A stretch of DNA of 64,000 nt from Camelus dromedarius (Eukaryota): NCBI RefSeq assembly GCF_036321535.1, contig NC_087447.1, forward strand, positions 32,862,001 through 32,926,000, in the 5' to 3' direction. Below, piece by piece: positions 1 through 12,570 of this stretch. Both the position numbers and the translations under genes were made by a program. Under the pieces are notes generated by a model that saw nothing but the letters and a program-made list of their open reading frames with translations, did not search any database and was not told the DNA's origin. Every line of letters starts with the position of its first letter. Within the stretch, counting starts at the first letter, position 1.

Positions 1-3000
1 GATTGGCAGAAACAATCTTGTACAACCAAGGCTGTCAGGTTGGAAGGGAAGGGAAGTGATACACCAGTACCTGTGTCAGGACTCAGAATAGGTGGGGGGG
101 GGGGGTCCTCCCTGGGAGTGAAGGTTAGAGTTGTATTAGGCACCCCAGCTCTGGGGTCTGACACCGGGAATACAAGCCCCTTGACTGGTTGAGGGGCTGA
201 TGGCACTAACAGGAGGGCTGTGGGAAGCTTAGACTCCATGTATGAGGAACGTGCCTGCTTACTCCTGAAACAGGGTGGAAAGAGTGAATTGAAACTGCAC
301 TGGGTTCTGGCTGTTCCCCGCAACCACCCCGGTGCATGCCGCCCACTCTGATTCAGTCACCCACTCTGGCCCCACTGGCTTTACGACACAGCTCCACACT
401 GATGTAAGGGCTCAGTTTTGAGGGACATAACTGGTCCAGACCTGGAACAGCATCTAAACAGGGTTGGTGGAGCATTACTGGTGCTTACAGGGACTGCTTC
501 AGAAGTGGTCCCAGACACTGCTGCTGGGATGGCCACAGCCTGCACCCCAACCAAGGCTGAGCCTATGCACCAGGCCCACCTGCTCTGTGGTGCAGCTCCA
601 CACTGCAGTGAGGGCTCCAGCAGTGGAAGGAATATGCTCAGCTGTGAAGGAAAAAGGCAGTTCAGTCCCAGAGCAGGATGTGAGCTGGGTAGGGGCAGCC
701 ATTTCTGGCACTTAATGGAGGCAGCACAAGTGGTCCTGGACTATGACTGAGGCCAGAGGTGCCACAGCTCATCCCTAGACCCACAGAGGGAACATGCTTC
801 AGCCCCTCCTGCTCCAGCACTGATCTCCTCTGGGGTGAGGGTGCAGGTGCTGGGAGAGGAGAGAGCACACACAGAGAGGGAATTGAGCTAGCTCATTCTC
901 GACTGTCAGGGCTTTGCTGGGACCTGATCTGAGCCCTGAGAGAGTGGTGTTGGCCACTGAACCAAGGAGAAGCCTCAGATCACACCTGGCTCTGGCTTTA
1001 ACTTACTTCATCCCCAGCGCCTCCTCCTGCCAAAATGTTAGTTGCCAGCACATCCTGGTGAAAGACATAAGTCATGCTCATGTCAGGTCCAGCTCTCCCA
1101 CCAAAACCACTGGGCACGTGCAGACTGTGTAGGGATGCTCCCACAGAAGGGCACTCCTTCAAAACCCAACTGAAACAAATGTGAATGGTATACCAGATAA
1201 AGAATTCAAAGCACAGTAAGACTGCTAACTGAATTAGGGAAAATCATAGGTGAGCACTGAACATTTTAACAAGGAGCTAGAAAATAAAAAGCCATTCAGA
1301 ATCAACGAATATAATAACATGGAACCCACACTAGAAGGAATTAACAGCAGACTGTAACAGAAGAACTCACAACTGATCTGGAAGGCAGAATAATGGAAAC
1401 CACCCAATCAGAAGAGCAAAAAGAAAACAGCGTTCATAAATTAGAAGAGTTTAAGGGACCTTTGGGCAACACCACATGTTCCAACATTCACATTATAGGG
1501 CTCTCAGAAGGAGAAAAGAGAAAGTGGTTGAAAATGTATTTAATAAAATTATGGCTAAAAACCTTCCAATCCTGAAGCATGAAACAGATATCCAGTACAG
1601 GAAGTGTAAATAGGGCTTCAAACAGATGAACCCAAACAGACCATACCAGGCATATAATTAAAACGGCAAAAGTTAAAAATAAAGCGCTAACTCTAAAGGC
1701 AGCAGGAGAAAAATGAAAAGTCATATACAGGGAAACCACCATAAGGCTATCAGCTGATTTTCCCGTAGAAACTTTAAATACATCATGCACTCCCTCTGGC
1801 CTGCAGAGTGCTGAAGGGGAAGAAATCCTGCAATCCAGGATACTGTGCCCCGCAAGATTATTATTTAGAATAGAAGGAGGGACAAAGAACTTCTAAGACA
1901 GGCAAAAACTAGAAAAATTCATCAACACTAAACCAACCCTAAGTGAAATGTTAATGAGTATTCTCTAAGAGGAAGAGAAAAGGCTTGAACAAGGATTAAG
2001 TGTCTACAGGAAGGGAAAAATTCCACTAGTAAAGGAAAATATGTATAAAGTCTGAAGATCAATGACTTAAATAAGCTAGTATAAAGATTAAAATACAAAA
2101 TAACCCCCACAAAATCAACTATAATAATCAGTAAAGGTATAAACATGAAGATGTAAAAATATATCAAAAATATAAAATGTAGGGATTAAAACATGTAGCT
2201 CTTTAAGAATGCATTTAAACTTAAAATGACTATGAGTTTAAAACAAGTATAGTCATCGGTCAGCATATATGCACCCCACAGTAACCACAAATCAAAAACC
2301 TATCATCAATACACAAAAACTAGACAGAAAGGAACAAAAACATACCACTGAAAGAAAATCATCAAACCACAAGGGAAGAAACTAAAAGAAGAAAAGAACA
2401 GAGAAGAACTACAAAAACAACCAGAAAACAAGTAACAAAATGTGTTACATGCCTATAAATAATGACTTTAAATGTCAATTGACTGTATACGCCAATAAAG
2501 GAAACAGGGTGGCTGATTGGATTAAAAAAAAAACAAGACCCATCTATATATGATGCTTATAAGAGACACATTTCAGAGGTAACAACACACAGGGACTTAA
2601 AGTGAGGGAATGGAAAAAGATATTTCATGCAGATAGAAATGACAAGAAAACTGGGGTACCAATTATCAGATCAACTAGACTAAAAACAAACCTATAACAA
2701 AAGACAAAGAAGGGAATTATATAATGATAAAGGGATCAATACAAGAAAAGTCTGTAACATTCACTTATACATATATGTACCTAATGTAGGAGCAAGTAAG
2801 TATACAAAAGACATAAAGTAGAAATTAATAATACAATAATAGCAGGAGACTTTAACACCCAGCTTATATCAGTGGCTAGATCATCCAAAGAAAAAAAAAT
2901 CAATTAGGAATCAGTGGTCTTAAATGACACATTAACTCAACTGGACTTAATACTTATCTGTATATAGGACATTCCATCCAAAATCAGCAGAATACACATT

Positions 3001-3806
3001 CTATACAGGTCCCAGAGAATGTTCTCCAGGATGGACTACATACTAAGCCACAAACAAGTCTCAACAAATTTAAGATGATAACTATTATATCAAGCACTTT
3101 TCTGACCACATAAAACTAGAAATCAATTACAGAAAGAAAAATGGGAAAAAGCACAAACACACAGAGACCAATCAACGTACTACTAAAAAAACCAATGGGC
3201 CAATGAAGAAATCAAAGAGGAAATCAGAAAATACCTTGAGACAAATGAGAACAGAAACATTTCTTCCCAAAAATCTATGAAATAAAACAAGAGTAATTCT
3301 AAGGGGGAAGTTTATAGCAATACAGGCCCACCTCAAGGAAAAAGGAAAATCTAATAAACAACCTAACCTGCTATCTAAAGGAAGGAATTAGAAAAAGAAG
3401 ACACAAAGCCCAAAGTCAGCAGAAGGAAAGAATAAAAAAGATTAGAGAAGAAATAAATCAAATAGAAACCAAAGAAGGTCAATTAAACCAAGAGTTTGTT
3501 CTTTGAAAAGGTTTTGAAAAGTAGTAAAATTGTAGTAGGAGAATTCTACCAAACATATAAAGAAGAGCTGATACCTATCCGTTTCAAGCTATTCCAAAAA
3601 ACTGAAAAGGAGGGAACACTCACAAATTCATTCTATGAGGCCACCATTACCCTGCTGCCAAAACCAAAGACACTGCAGAAGAAAAATCTAAGCCAATATC
3701 ACTGATAAATAGACATGCCAAAATTCCTAACCATATATTAGCAAACATATTTAACATATATAAAAAGGATCACACACCATAGTCAAGTGAGATTTATTCC
3801 AGGGAT
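1..3806 (+). mobile_element. LINE-1: 5'UTR, ORF1 and part of ORF2 (endonuclease, start of RT); degenerate, ends abruptly
   Basis: GC-rich 5'UTR-like sequence to ~1150. ORF1 remnants (METTQSEEQKE...NIHIIGLSEGEK). ORF2 EN region from ~2440. RT-start peptide [39 protein letters not shown]. Many stops and frameshifts; ends at gatttattccagggat. Confidence 0.93.
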
Positions 3807-6372
3807 TTCTCCTTGCCTCATTTTCTCATCCTTTAAGGTTTTACTCGAAGGTCACCTACTTTGTGAAGTCATTTCCTTTTCCTTTCTGTATCCTCCCAGG
3901 ATCGAGCATACTTCCCCTTTCTATGTTCCCACAACAAATAAATCATTCGTGACTCTACCAGGGCGTGACAGGTGGTTAACTGTGAATCCATTTCCCCATT
4001 CATCTCCACGATCGCCAATATAAATGCAACCACTCATCCTAAAATGCTGCATTTCCCAGATACTAATAAACCTGGGACCTCTCTATCTTCCCATGTAGCT
4101 GGGTAGAGTATAAAGATGGCTCCCTAAGGCCTTGGACAAATTGATGAAAGGAAAACCCACGGATGGGTATCTATGAGAAGAGGCTGGGCTGTAGCTAAGA
4201 TTTAGGGATCAAACCCAGAGAGTGAACCATTTTTCACTCTGGGTTTCTGTGACCTGGATAATGCTGGAGGAACATGGGTTCCAAACGGTTCAGCAATCAT
4301 TCTGTGCCAGATCAACTAACTGGTCCGAAGGTGCACCAAACCACTGTCACTGTCGAGGAAGCACGCGGCTCTAAACAAAGCCCAATTCCATTTGCGCTAA
4401 CCCAGCTTTATCACTGAACTCCATTCAGCTGTGGGCATGTTTCAAGGACTCTTTTCCAATTGGCATGAAACATTAATAGCTAACCTGGTGTATTGATTTT
4501 TAAGGAAGAAAGCTTCAGCTTTGCTTCTTTCAGCAAGTACCCCTTGGCCCTTTGTTGGCTTGTGCGACTCTGCTCTTGTGTTTGTTATTTGTTTTTATTT
4601 GAATTTGAAACATCATGGGTATGATTTAAAAGCCAGCATTTTACATCTTAACCTTGATTTTACTTCTTAGCCTTGTAGGATGATGCCATTGTAATAGTCC
4701 ATTTGGACGCTTAAGTACTGGAAATTTTTCTTATCAAATCGGAATAGAATACCTACAACTGAATAATGGAAACAAACAAAGAGAATCACAAATAACTTCG
4801 TTTTTTGCGGATGATTTCCAGAATATGATTCAGAGTTTTTAATTTAGCTCCTATAACCAGATCCTCCTCTCCCTCCACAACCTCTTGGAAGCTATGCTAT
4901 TAATGAATAATTAATTTTTTTTAAAGACTTATGTAAAGAACTCTGCTAGTGCTTTATTCATAAAGAGGTGCAGTGGTGGCAGAGGTGTGTGACTATTAAC
5001 CAAATAAGATGATAAGAGTTGTTCCTTTCCTGTAGCAGTGTCAGTCTAATTCCCAGAACTCTTCGGAGAGACTTTAGGAGTTAAAGCAGAATAAACCAAT
5101 TTAGCCTGCTTGGGTGATTAGCACAGTCAATTAATGAAGCTTTGGAAGATTTTTAACGATTGGTAAGTGCCCTGCTTTACCATGGGCTTAAATAAAACCT
5201 GAAAAGTAAATTTCGGTTTCATACTGGTCAAGACTCAAGTCCCTTGTCTATTCCAGAGAGAGCACAGGGATGCTGTTTTTAAATTACAGGGTACTTGGAA
5301 TACAGGAGGTGCTTAACAACTGGGGGCAGTGGACCTAAGTGTGGATGCATGGAACTAGGCTTATGTATAAGGGAACAAATGGGTGTTATGGGGTGATGAT
5401 CTAAACACCTGGTAAGACAGCCTTCCTAAATAGGCGCCCCTGGGTCGATTGGAGATGTGGCAGACCTCAAGTCTGGTCAATGAACTGGGTGACTTTTCAA
5501 GGTTCATCTCTACTCTGTTTCTAGGGAGCACTCTGAATTTATCAGGAGACTAGCTCTCTACAAGGCTACTAAGCAAGCAATTTCTCATGGTTCCCATACC
5601 CACAAAGCCCAAGATTAAACAGCCCCACCTCAGCAGACATAAAAATACAATGCGAGAGTTACAGGGAAGCAGTATCAAAGGGAAATAAATAGTCAGCATC
5701 AACAAAAGAAGAAATAAAGCACAAGGAAATCAAACACTCTAATAGACTCATTTTGCAAAGCATAAAGAAAAACCAGCCGATAACAGAATTTTCATAAGCA
5801 TTAAACTCACTTCTAAACAACTTAACGTAAGGAAGAGCCCAGCACTGACAGCGACAAAGAAGACATCATGTACCCGAGGACCTCGGGCTATCATTACCAC
5901 GCATTCAGAATGGAAGTCCACCTGCCTCTGACCGCTGCGAGCAAGTCTCCGAGCCTTGCTCTTCTGGATGACGTCACCAGAAAAGTGACCAAGTTCGTGC
6001 AGATGATCACTTCGGGGAAAGGGCAGTTTTACTCAGCAAGTCTGTATGAGTGTGGGAGGGGGCTCATTAAAGCGCTCACCCAGCCATCCTTAAAGGCACT
6101 GCGGGCTCTGGTGGCAGGACTGCCGTCGGCCTCTCCGCCCTGCCTCGCCCTTCTCCCCAGCTCTGCAGCGTCCTCACCACCCCGCGCCTCACTTTTCATT
6201 CCGAGCAGGTCTGCCGGCCACTCAGCACCACCAGTAGCTGCAGTGGGCATCAGAACAGGAGAAGCCTTTTCAGGAACTACAGGGGACCTAGGGGTCAACA
6301 GCCTCGGGGAAGGAGGCGGCAAGGGAGAGAAGGAGCAGTGACGATTTCTGCCGCACCGCGCAGCAGCCTCAC

Positions 6373-6566
6373 CTTGCAGGAGCAGACGGAACACCTGTCT
6401 TCTTTCAGAGTCCACACCTGCCCGTTGCGCTTCAGTCCTCCTTCATGCGGACAGTCACCAGAGCAGGAGGGTCCCGAGGCACAGAGGCAGTCGAAGCCCC
6501 CTGCCAGGTTGATGCAGGCAGAATCATTCCAACAGGTGTGAGTCCTTAAGGCACATTCATCAATGT
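6373..6566 (-). CDS. NELL1: NELL1 coding exon (human exon 17 equivalent), EGF-like domain plus start of vWC-type domain
   Basis: Translates as (D)IDECALRTHTCWNDSACINLAGGFDCLCASGPSCSGDCPHEGGLKRNGQVWTLKEDRCSVCSCK. Acceptor ttctttattgcag|AC (AG at 6567-6568), donor AAG|gtgagg (GT at 6371-6372). 194 nt; joins in frame to the 31838 exon (G|AC = Asp). Confidence 0.96.
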
Positions 6567-6639
6567 CTGCAATAAAGAAAGCATAGAGCTTTAGACTCCA
6601 GTCAAGATTATTATTAGAAAACAATAATCACGTGTAATA

Positions 6640-6830
6640 GTGACTGTTAACATTATGGAGTGTTCACCTCGTGCCAAGCTGTTCACAGGCACTATCGCAC
6701 TTACTTATAATGCAAGGCGGCTCTGTGCAGGAGAATTTGTTACCTCCATTTGCCAAATAATGGAACTTGCCCACTGTCAGATAGCTAGTAAGCGGCTAGT
6801 CTGGGACTCAAATCCACAGCTGTCACTCTA
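6640..6830 (-). mobile_element. MIR SINE fragment
   Basis: Reverse-strand MIR hallmarks (gtgccaagctgttc..., gctagtaagcggctagtctgggactcaaatcc). Confidence 0.65.
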
Positions 6831-7369
6831 GTTACTAAATTATCTAGTAGCAACTCTGATCTAGTTTTAGGATAGTCTCAAGAACTGTACCACTGAGAAG
6901 CCATAAACACTGCTAATTCATTAATGGTGGGAATACATCCCCATGGAGATCTGGGTCTTTTTAGATAAGGTTAGCCTGAATAGATTAGTCACTGAGTAGG
7001 AACAAGTGGGCAGTTAGGGCAACCCTGAGCCAATTAGACTGACTGCAGATCCTGCGGCCAAAGTTGAAAAAAGGGAATAATGCTTGGGAGGTGCCTTGCT
7101 TCATCAAAACTTCACCACCCTAACAGCCAGCAGCATTTTGGTCCACATAAGAAAACATCTCACAGCTACAGTTAGGGTACAGCATGGATGCTGATGGGAC
7201 ACACACATATCGTTTGCTGTTTTTTGTTTTTGTTTTTTTTTTTGAATTGACAGCCCAAGAATGAAAGGAAAACATAAATCCAGGAGCCCTTCCTGACTTT
7301 CAGAGCTTGGGTGACCTTAACCACATCTCAAACACATAGCTGTCCAGCCCCTGGTAGGAGTCCCTTCCC

Positions 7370-7640
7370 AGCAGACAATCTAGTACTTCACAAGACAGCC
7401 AGTTCATCTTGGAATAACTCTTTCAGAGATGTTAAATTTAAGTAAAATGTATTATTCAGTAACTTCTGCCTCCGGGTACTAGTTCTGAGACTAGTCAAGG
7501 AAAGTCTATTTGGTGGTTCTTATTTATGACCATTTTTAAAGCTATTTGAAGACATTGGGCATTTGTCTATCAGGTCATTTGTCTTCTCCACTTATTGACC
7601 TACTGCCAAGTCCTTCAAATATCTTTCAGATGACTACATT
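7370..7640 (-). mobile_element. L3/CR1 LINE fragment (ancient)
   Basis: tacttcacaagacagccagttcatcttgg...gtaacttctgcc...tactagttctg...tatttgaagaca follows the reverse L3 3' region as I recall it. Confidence 0.55.
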
Positions 7641-8610
7641 GACTCCAACACATTTTTTCCAAAAGCCTTCTATGCACCAGGTGGTCTGCACACTGGCGCT
7701 ATAAATGTTGGCAATGACGTGTGAGACACCGTCCTCATGCAAGGGACAAGGAGGTACACAGGTAACTGCTGGTAGGCTACCGATGGGTAGGCTTGAATCC
7801 TATGGTAGCTAGACTAAGAACAGCATTAATTAACTTACCCTTCGTCCTAAATTTCATGTTAAATATGCATAAGGTTGTACTCATTTGGTTAAGGGTTATG
7901 GAACTAAATTACAGAAAAGAATAATTGAAAGTCGCATTTCCCCCTAAAGTACTCAAAGCTATGAAGTGCTCAAAGGCATAGTATCAAATGTACTGTTACC
8001 ACTTTATATTTTTATAGAAAATCATTTCAAAGTTTTTCACAGTTCTTTCTCATGAGTTATGCCACATAGTTGCAAGATGGAAAGAGTTGCCCTCAATTTA
8101 CAAAAGAAGAAACTAAGTTACAGAGATGGCTGAGTGGTCACATTAGTGGCCCACCTGTGTCTTGACTTAATGAATGTAAAGGATTAAGACAGAGTTCAAG
8201 CCCTAGCTCCTTAGTTAAGCATCTCCTAATATGATGCCAATTTATTGTAACTGTTCACCTTCTCTGAAGACTCACTGCAGTGACAACTGGAGGTATGTTT
8301 CTTGCTGTTTATGTATATACTTTCTTGGAACAATACTAAAGTGATATGTTTGCATTATTCTCACTCTCCAGTTTTTGCTGGAAGTAACAAAACATACTTC
8401 CCTCGTCACATTTATAATCTAGTTTGTATATCTAAGAAATACACAGAGAGTAATTCAGTGATAGGCAGGTGGCTTATCGCCTATGTAATTATAAAAATAA
8501 TATTCAGATTTCTTTGAATTCTGTTAGCTTACATTTCAATCCTATCACCAGGATTATTTCATTAGCCTCCTGTATGGTCTCACCTGACTCCAGCCACTTC
8601 TCATTCTAAT

Positions 8611-8790
8611 CCAGCAATTTTTGATTGTGGGCACAACAGAAGTATGTGGAGACTGTGGGTAAAATACAAATATTTGGAGAGCCTTTATAAAGTACTGGTG
8701 TCCAGGCTTACCACCCCTAGAGACTGATTTAACTGGTGTAAATTGGGAGCCAGACATCTGGGCTTTGTGCAGCCAGAGACGAACCACTGC
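8611..8790. mobile_element. MER5-type hAT-Charlie MITE
   Basis: Internal ccaggc..caccccTAGAGActgatttaactgg and terminal gaaccactg. Confidence 0.6.
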
Positions 8791-11700
8791 TTTAAATACC
8801 TTTCACGGGGTAGTGGTGTTCTAAAAAGCATATCTGTCCATGTCATTCCTCTGCCCGCCACCTGTCAGGGGTTCTCTGACGCTTATAATAGAAAGTTCAA
8901 ACTCCCAGCATGTATATAAGCCCTGATCCAGCAACTTCAGTTGTTGCCTTCTGTCTTTCAAAAGCAATGGGCGACCCACAGACAGGCCGTGACGTTTGCT
9001 CTGCCTGTGCCTTGGAACATGCCTTTTCTACTTATGGGAGTGCTCTCCTCCACCTTGTCTCTACTGTTTGTTAGCCTGTATGGAATGGGTGGAGTATAAA
9101 TTAATGAATTGAGAAGGTAAACACCTCCCTTCCTCCCATGCATTCTTCAACATCAAAACCAAGCATCACCATCCCTCATTCTGCAACACAGCCACTGCTG
9201 ACTTTCTGCTTTCTCTGTACACACAAGGCTATCCTTACATTCCTCTCTCTGGAGTGACATGTTTACCATGTCCATGGCCCCACAGATAGATGGTGAGCTC
9301 ATTGAGAGCAAGGGTTAGGTCTTTTTCCTTTTTCTCTTCTCAGTACCAAGTACGACAGAATATACTGTGGATGTGCAATATATTTATTTCATTTAACTTA
9401 CATAAATCTCAGAAATTTATAGACCAATATTATTATAAAGCCTACTTTGCCAAAGTTTGGTCTTTGGGGTGTTTAAGAAGCATAAGGCATAACCACAACC
9501 CTCCTCTTTGGGGAACGCATTTTATTGTTGAGTTTTCATCTGGGAAAGCTCTTGGGTCTAGTTCAAAATACAATACAGAAAATAGTAAGCATGCTGAAAT
9601 AGGAAGGCAACCTTTCCTCCTCCCTCCTCATCCCAGTTTCCTGTCAAATGCTTGAGGCCAAGGTCAGAGGGGAGACCCATCAACATATCACTCAAAGAAT
9701 TGTCTGGAAGATTAATTTCCACAGACCCACAACCAGTGGCTACAAAAGGACCTTTAATTCACGGTCTCCTCCAAAATACTCTCTAAATTGGCAATTAATG
9801 CCCAACTATACTATGCTTCTTTAACATTTGGTTCTTTTGCATTTACAAATTTGCAAACATATTGTCAGTTTTCCTCTCATAAATTAAGAAACCTGAGCAT
9901 AAAGATAAGCACACCTAGGGCGCACAATAAAAACAAGGGTGCAAAACCTGGATTTGCTTTTGCTGTTGCAGAATGAAAGGATTTCACAGTTGAGCACAGG
10001 ACCATATTGCCTACCAAGTTCCATGTAATCGCTTTACTTATGACACAGAAATCTAATTGTGCTGCCATGCAATTTAACAGATTTATGGAAAGCCAGATGT
10101 TAGCAATTATGGAAACTGACATTATTCATATCCTTGGTAATACAGACCTGTTCGCTCCGCACAAAGCCAACTTAATCTATTATACATATCCCAAGGCATC
10201 CAAAGGGAAGCGGCACCCTATTTACATATTGCAACTGTTGTTCTCTGCTGAGCAAACACAAAGACATTCACCCGCGATACTTACCCAGATCATCAGACAG
10301 CCCTCCAATGACAAAGAGGCGCTGTACCAAAAATCAGGCAAAATCGCCCATACTCAAATCTATAATCATTAAAGTGTACTTGTTTTTTTCTTATTGTAAG
10401 TAATGGCTCTGTGATTTCCTTGTGGTTCTCATTGTAAATTCATTATTTGAACGCTCCATGCTCAGATGAGAACATTTTCCATAAAATGCCACAGCTAGGC
10501 TTACGTTAGAACTAATTTTCTTGCATTGGCATTTTCACAATTGCTGAAAGCTGTTATTATTATACTCAGTTTCACTTTAAAAAAGTCTAGTCGTGCCTTG
10601 ACACTCTACTTTATTATTTAATTTGAAGTTCTTAGGTTACTTGCACATGTGGAAAAAATAAATACAATTCAGAGATGTTCACATCAGTAGCAATCAAACC
10701 AATCCCAACGTAGCCCCAGTTTTCCTAGCCTTCAAGAAAAACGGCTCTGCAGAAGTTTTAATAGCATAACAACTATAATAGTATCTGCCTCAGGAGCTGA
10801 AATTTCTACAAATTGATTTCAGAGATCAAGAGAGAAATTTTTCTCCCAGTGGTTTGGTAGCAGATGGGTCAAAGGAGTGACCTTCTTCATAACCCCATAT
10901 TCTTCCTCCTCTAATAACTTCCCCAGCTCAGCTAGTCTTACTTTCAAACTCCAGACAGGTGACGTGTCAGAAAACAAAATTGAACCTGGGGTCTGACTCT
11001 CCAGCTGTGTGTGTTCCGACTTGCAACTCATTACCCGACATTAGCAGCTTGGGAATGAGAACAGAGCTTGGGGGTTTATTAATGACAGGAAGACAGAGCA
11101 CAGACGCCTCTCCCACAGCTGGATCCGTCTTGCCTCTTTTACAGCGGCAGAGAGAAAATTGCAGGGGGAAAAATACACACTGCACATCAGCAAAATAAGG
11201 GAAAGAAACGAGTAGAGAAAAATCTGAGGTCTGAGATGGCTTGCGAAATACAAGGCTAACGAAATTTTCAGCTGCACATGAAGTTTCAGGTCCAGAGCAA
11301 GGGAGGCGACATGCTCTGTGTGTGCCGGTTATGCCACGTTTGATACTATGTTCCCTTTAGAGCACAGACTACTAAATGGGATTGACGCAGAACACAGAAG
11401 AGACCCACCAGCAGAGTGAGGGGCTCAAAACTCATCTTCGTTGAATGAAACATGAGGTGTTCAGCCTGAAAAGTAGACTGAAAGAAGAGATCAGTGAGCT
11501 ATCGCTTTGTCTATTTGAGATGCTATTATGTGTCTCTCGGGCAGTAGGCCCAAGGTCCCCCCAGTGTTAACTCTTCAGTCTTGAGTCAGGAAGAAATCCC
11601 TCCCTGTAGTGTTTCTTACTGCACAGTGTGTAATCTTGTTATTCTCCAAGGAGTCTTCCCCCTTTCCTTTAACTGAGCAGACTCTCTGAGCAAAGGAGTA

Positions 11701-12199
11701 AGAAAACACCTTGTTTCAGCTCACTCTTTCCTTATCTCCTCCCTAGATCCAGGTCTTATTTCCTAGTGTCTACAATGAGCAGCTCTCCCCATTTATGCAT
11801 CTTCCCCCTCTTCTAAATGTTTGCAAGCTTCCATGTGACCCTCTATTCAAAGCCTAAGTCCTGAAGGTTCCAATGACCTAGTATTAGTTTGCAAAAGCAT
11901 CACCCTTTATTTAAATTTTATTATTGATTATTTAAGAGCTCTCTTCTTGACTTTTGTGGGATATAATATTGCCCTATTCATCCTCTTACTTCTTCACCCA
12001 ATCACTAATAATCAACCATCCATCACTTAACGAATTACACATAGTTGTTGAGCATCTACTCTATCCTAGACATAGTGCTAGAGACCGGGGATAAAATGGC
12101 CAAAGAATATAGATATGGTCTTAGAACTCTCCCATTTTTCAAGTTACTAATATTTCCCAAGGTTCCCGCTATGGCCTTTGGTTCTCTTTCTCCTCAGTG

Positions 12200-12570
12200 G
12201 AGCAGTGTAGCATATCAATTTAAAGCTTACACGCAGAAATTCAACAGCGGTGGGTGCAAGGTAACATGACCTGTTGTCCCAGTTTGCCTGGGACTGAGGG
12301 GGTCCCTGAGATAGGTGACTTACAGTGTTAACACTGGGAAAGTTCTAGGCAAATGGGGGCAAACAAATCAACTGTATCCCAGTCCTGCCCTGCAACTTAT
12401 TTACCCATCAACTGGAAAATTTACCTAACATCTCTGAGCCTTGGTCCCGTCACTTGAAAACTGTGGATGAAATATACACCCTGGGATAATCTGGTAATTG
12501 AGTGAGCACATAACACAGTGCTTATCATGCAGTAGTTGTTCAAAAGTGATTAGCTGTTGTTATTGTTCTT
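12200..12570 (+). mobile_element. MIR SINE interrupted by MER81
   Basis: Head gcagtgtagcata...; core cctaacatctctgagccttgg..., tail cacagtgcttatcatgcagtagttgttcaaaag. Confidence 0.6.
12257..12376. mobile_element. MER81-type hAT-Blackjack MITE
   Basis: tgtcccagtttgcctgggactgaggggg...cagtgttaacactgggaaagttctaggcaaa matches the recalled MER81 consensus; internal inverted symmetry. Confidence 0.75.

Noticed and set aside
6295..6372. Read-through of the NELL1 frame past the donor (VRLLRGAAE...)
   Set aside because: The AAG|gtgagg donor is canonical and I see no polyA signal close by, so a short open stretch is expected by chance.
5868..6415. Overlapping 157-aa (+) and 128-aa (-) ORFs next to the exon
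   Set aside because: Low-complexity Pro/Ser/Ala/Gly products of GC-rich intron flank, with no recognisable domain; the minus ORF is out of frame with NELL1.
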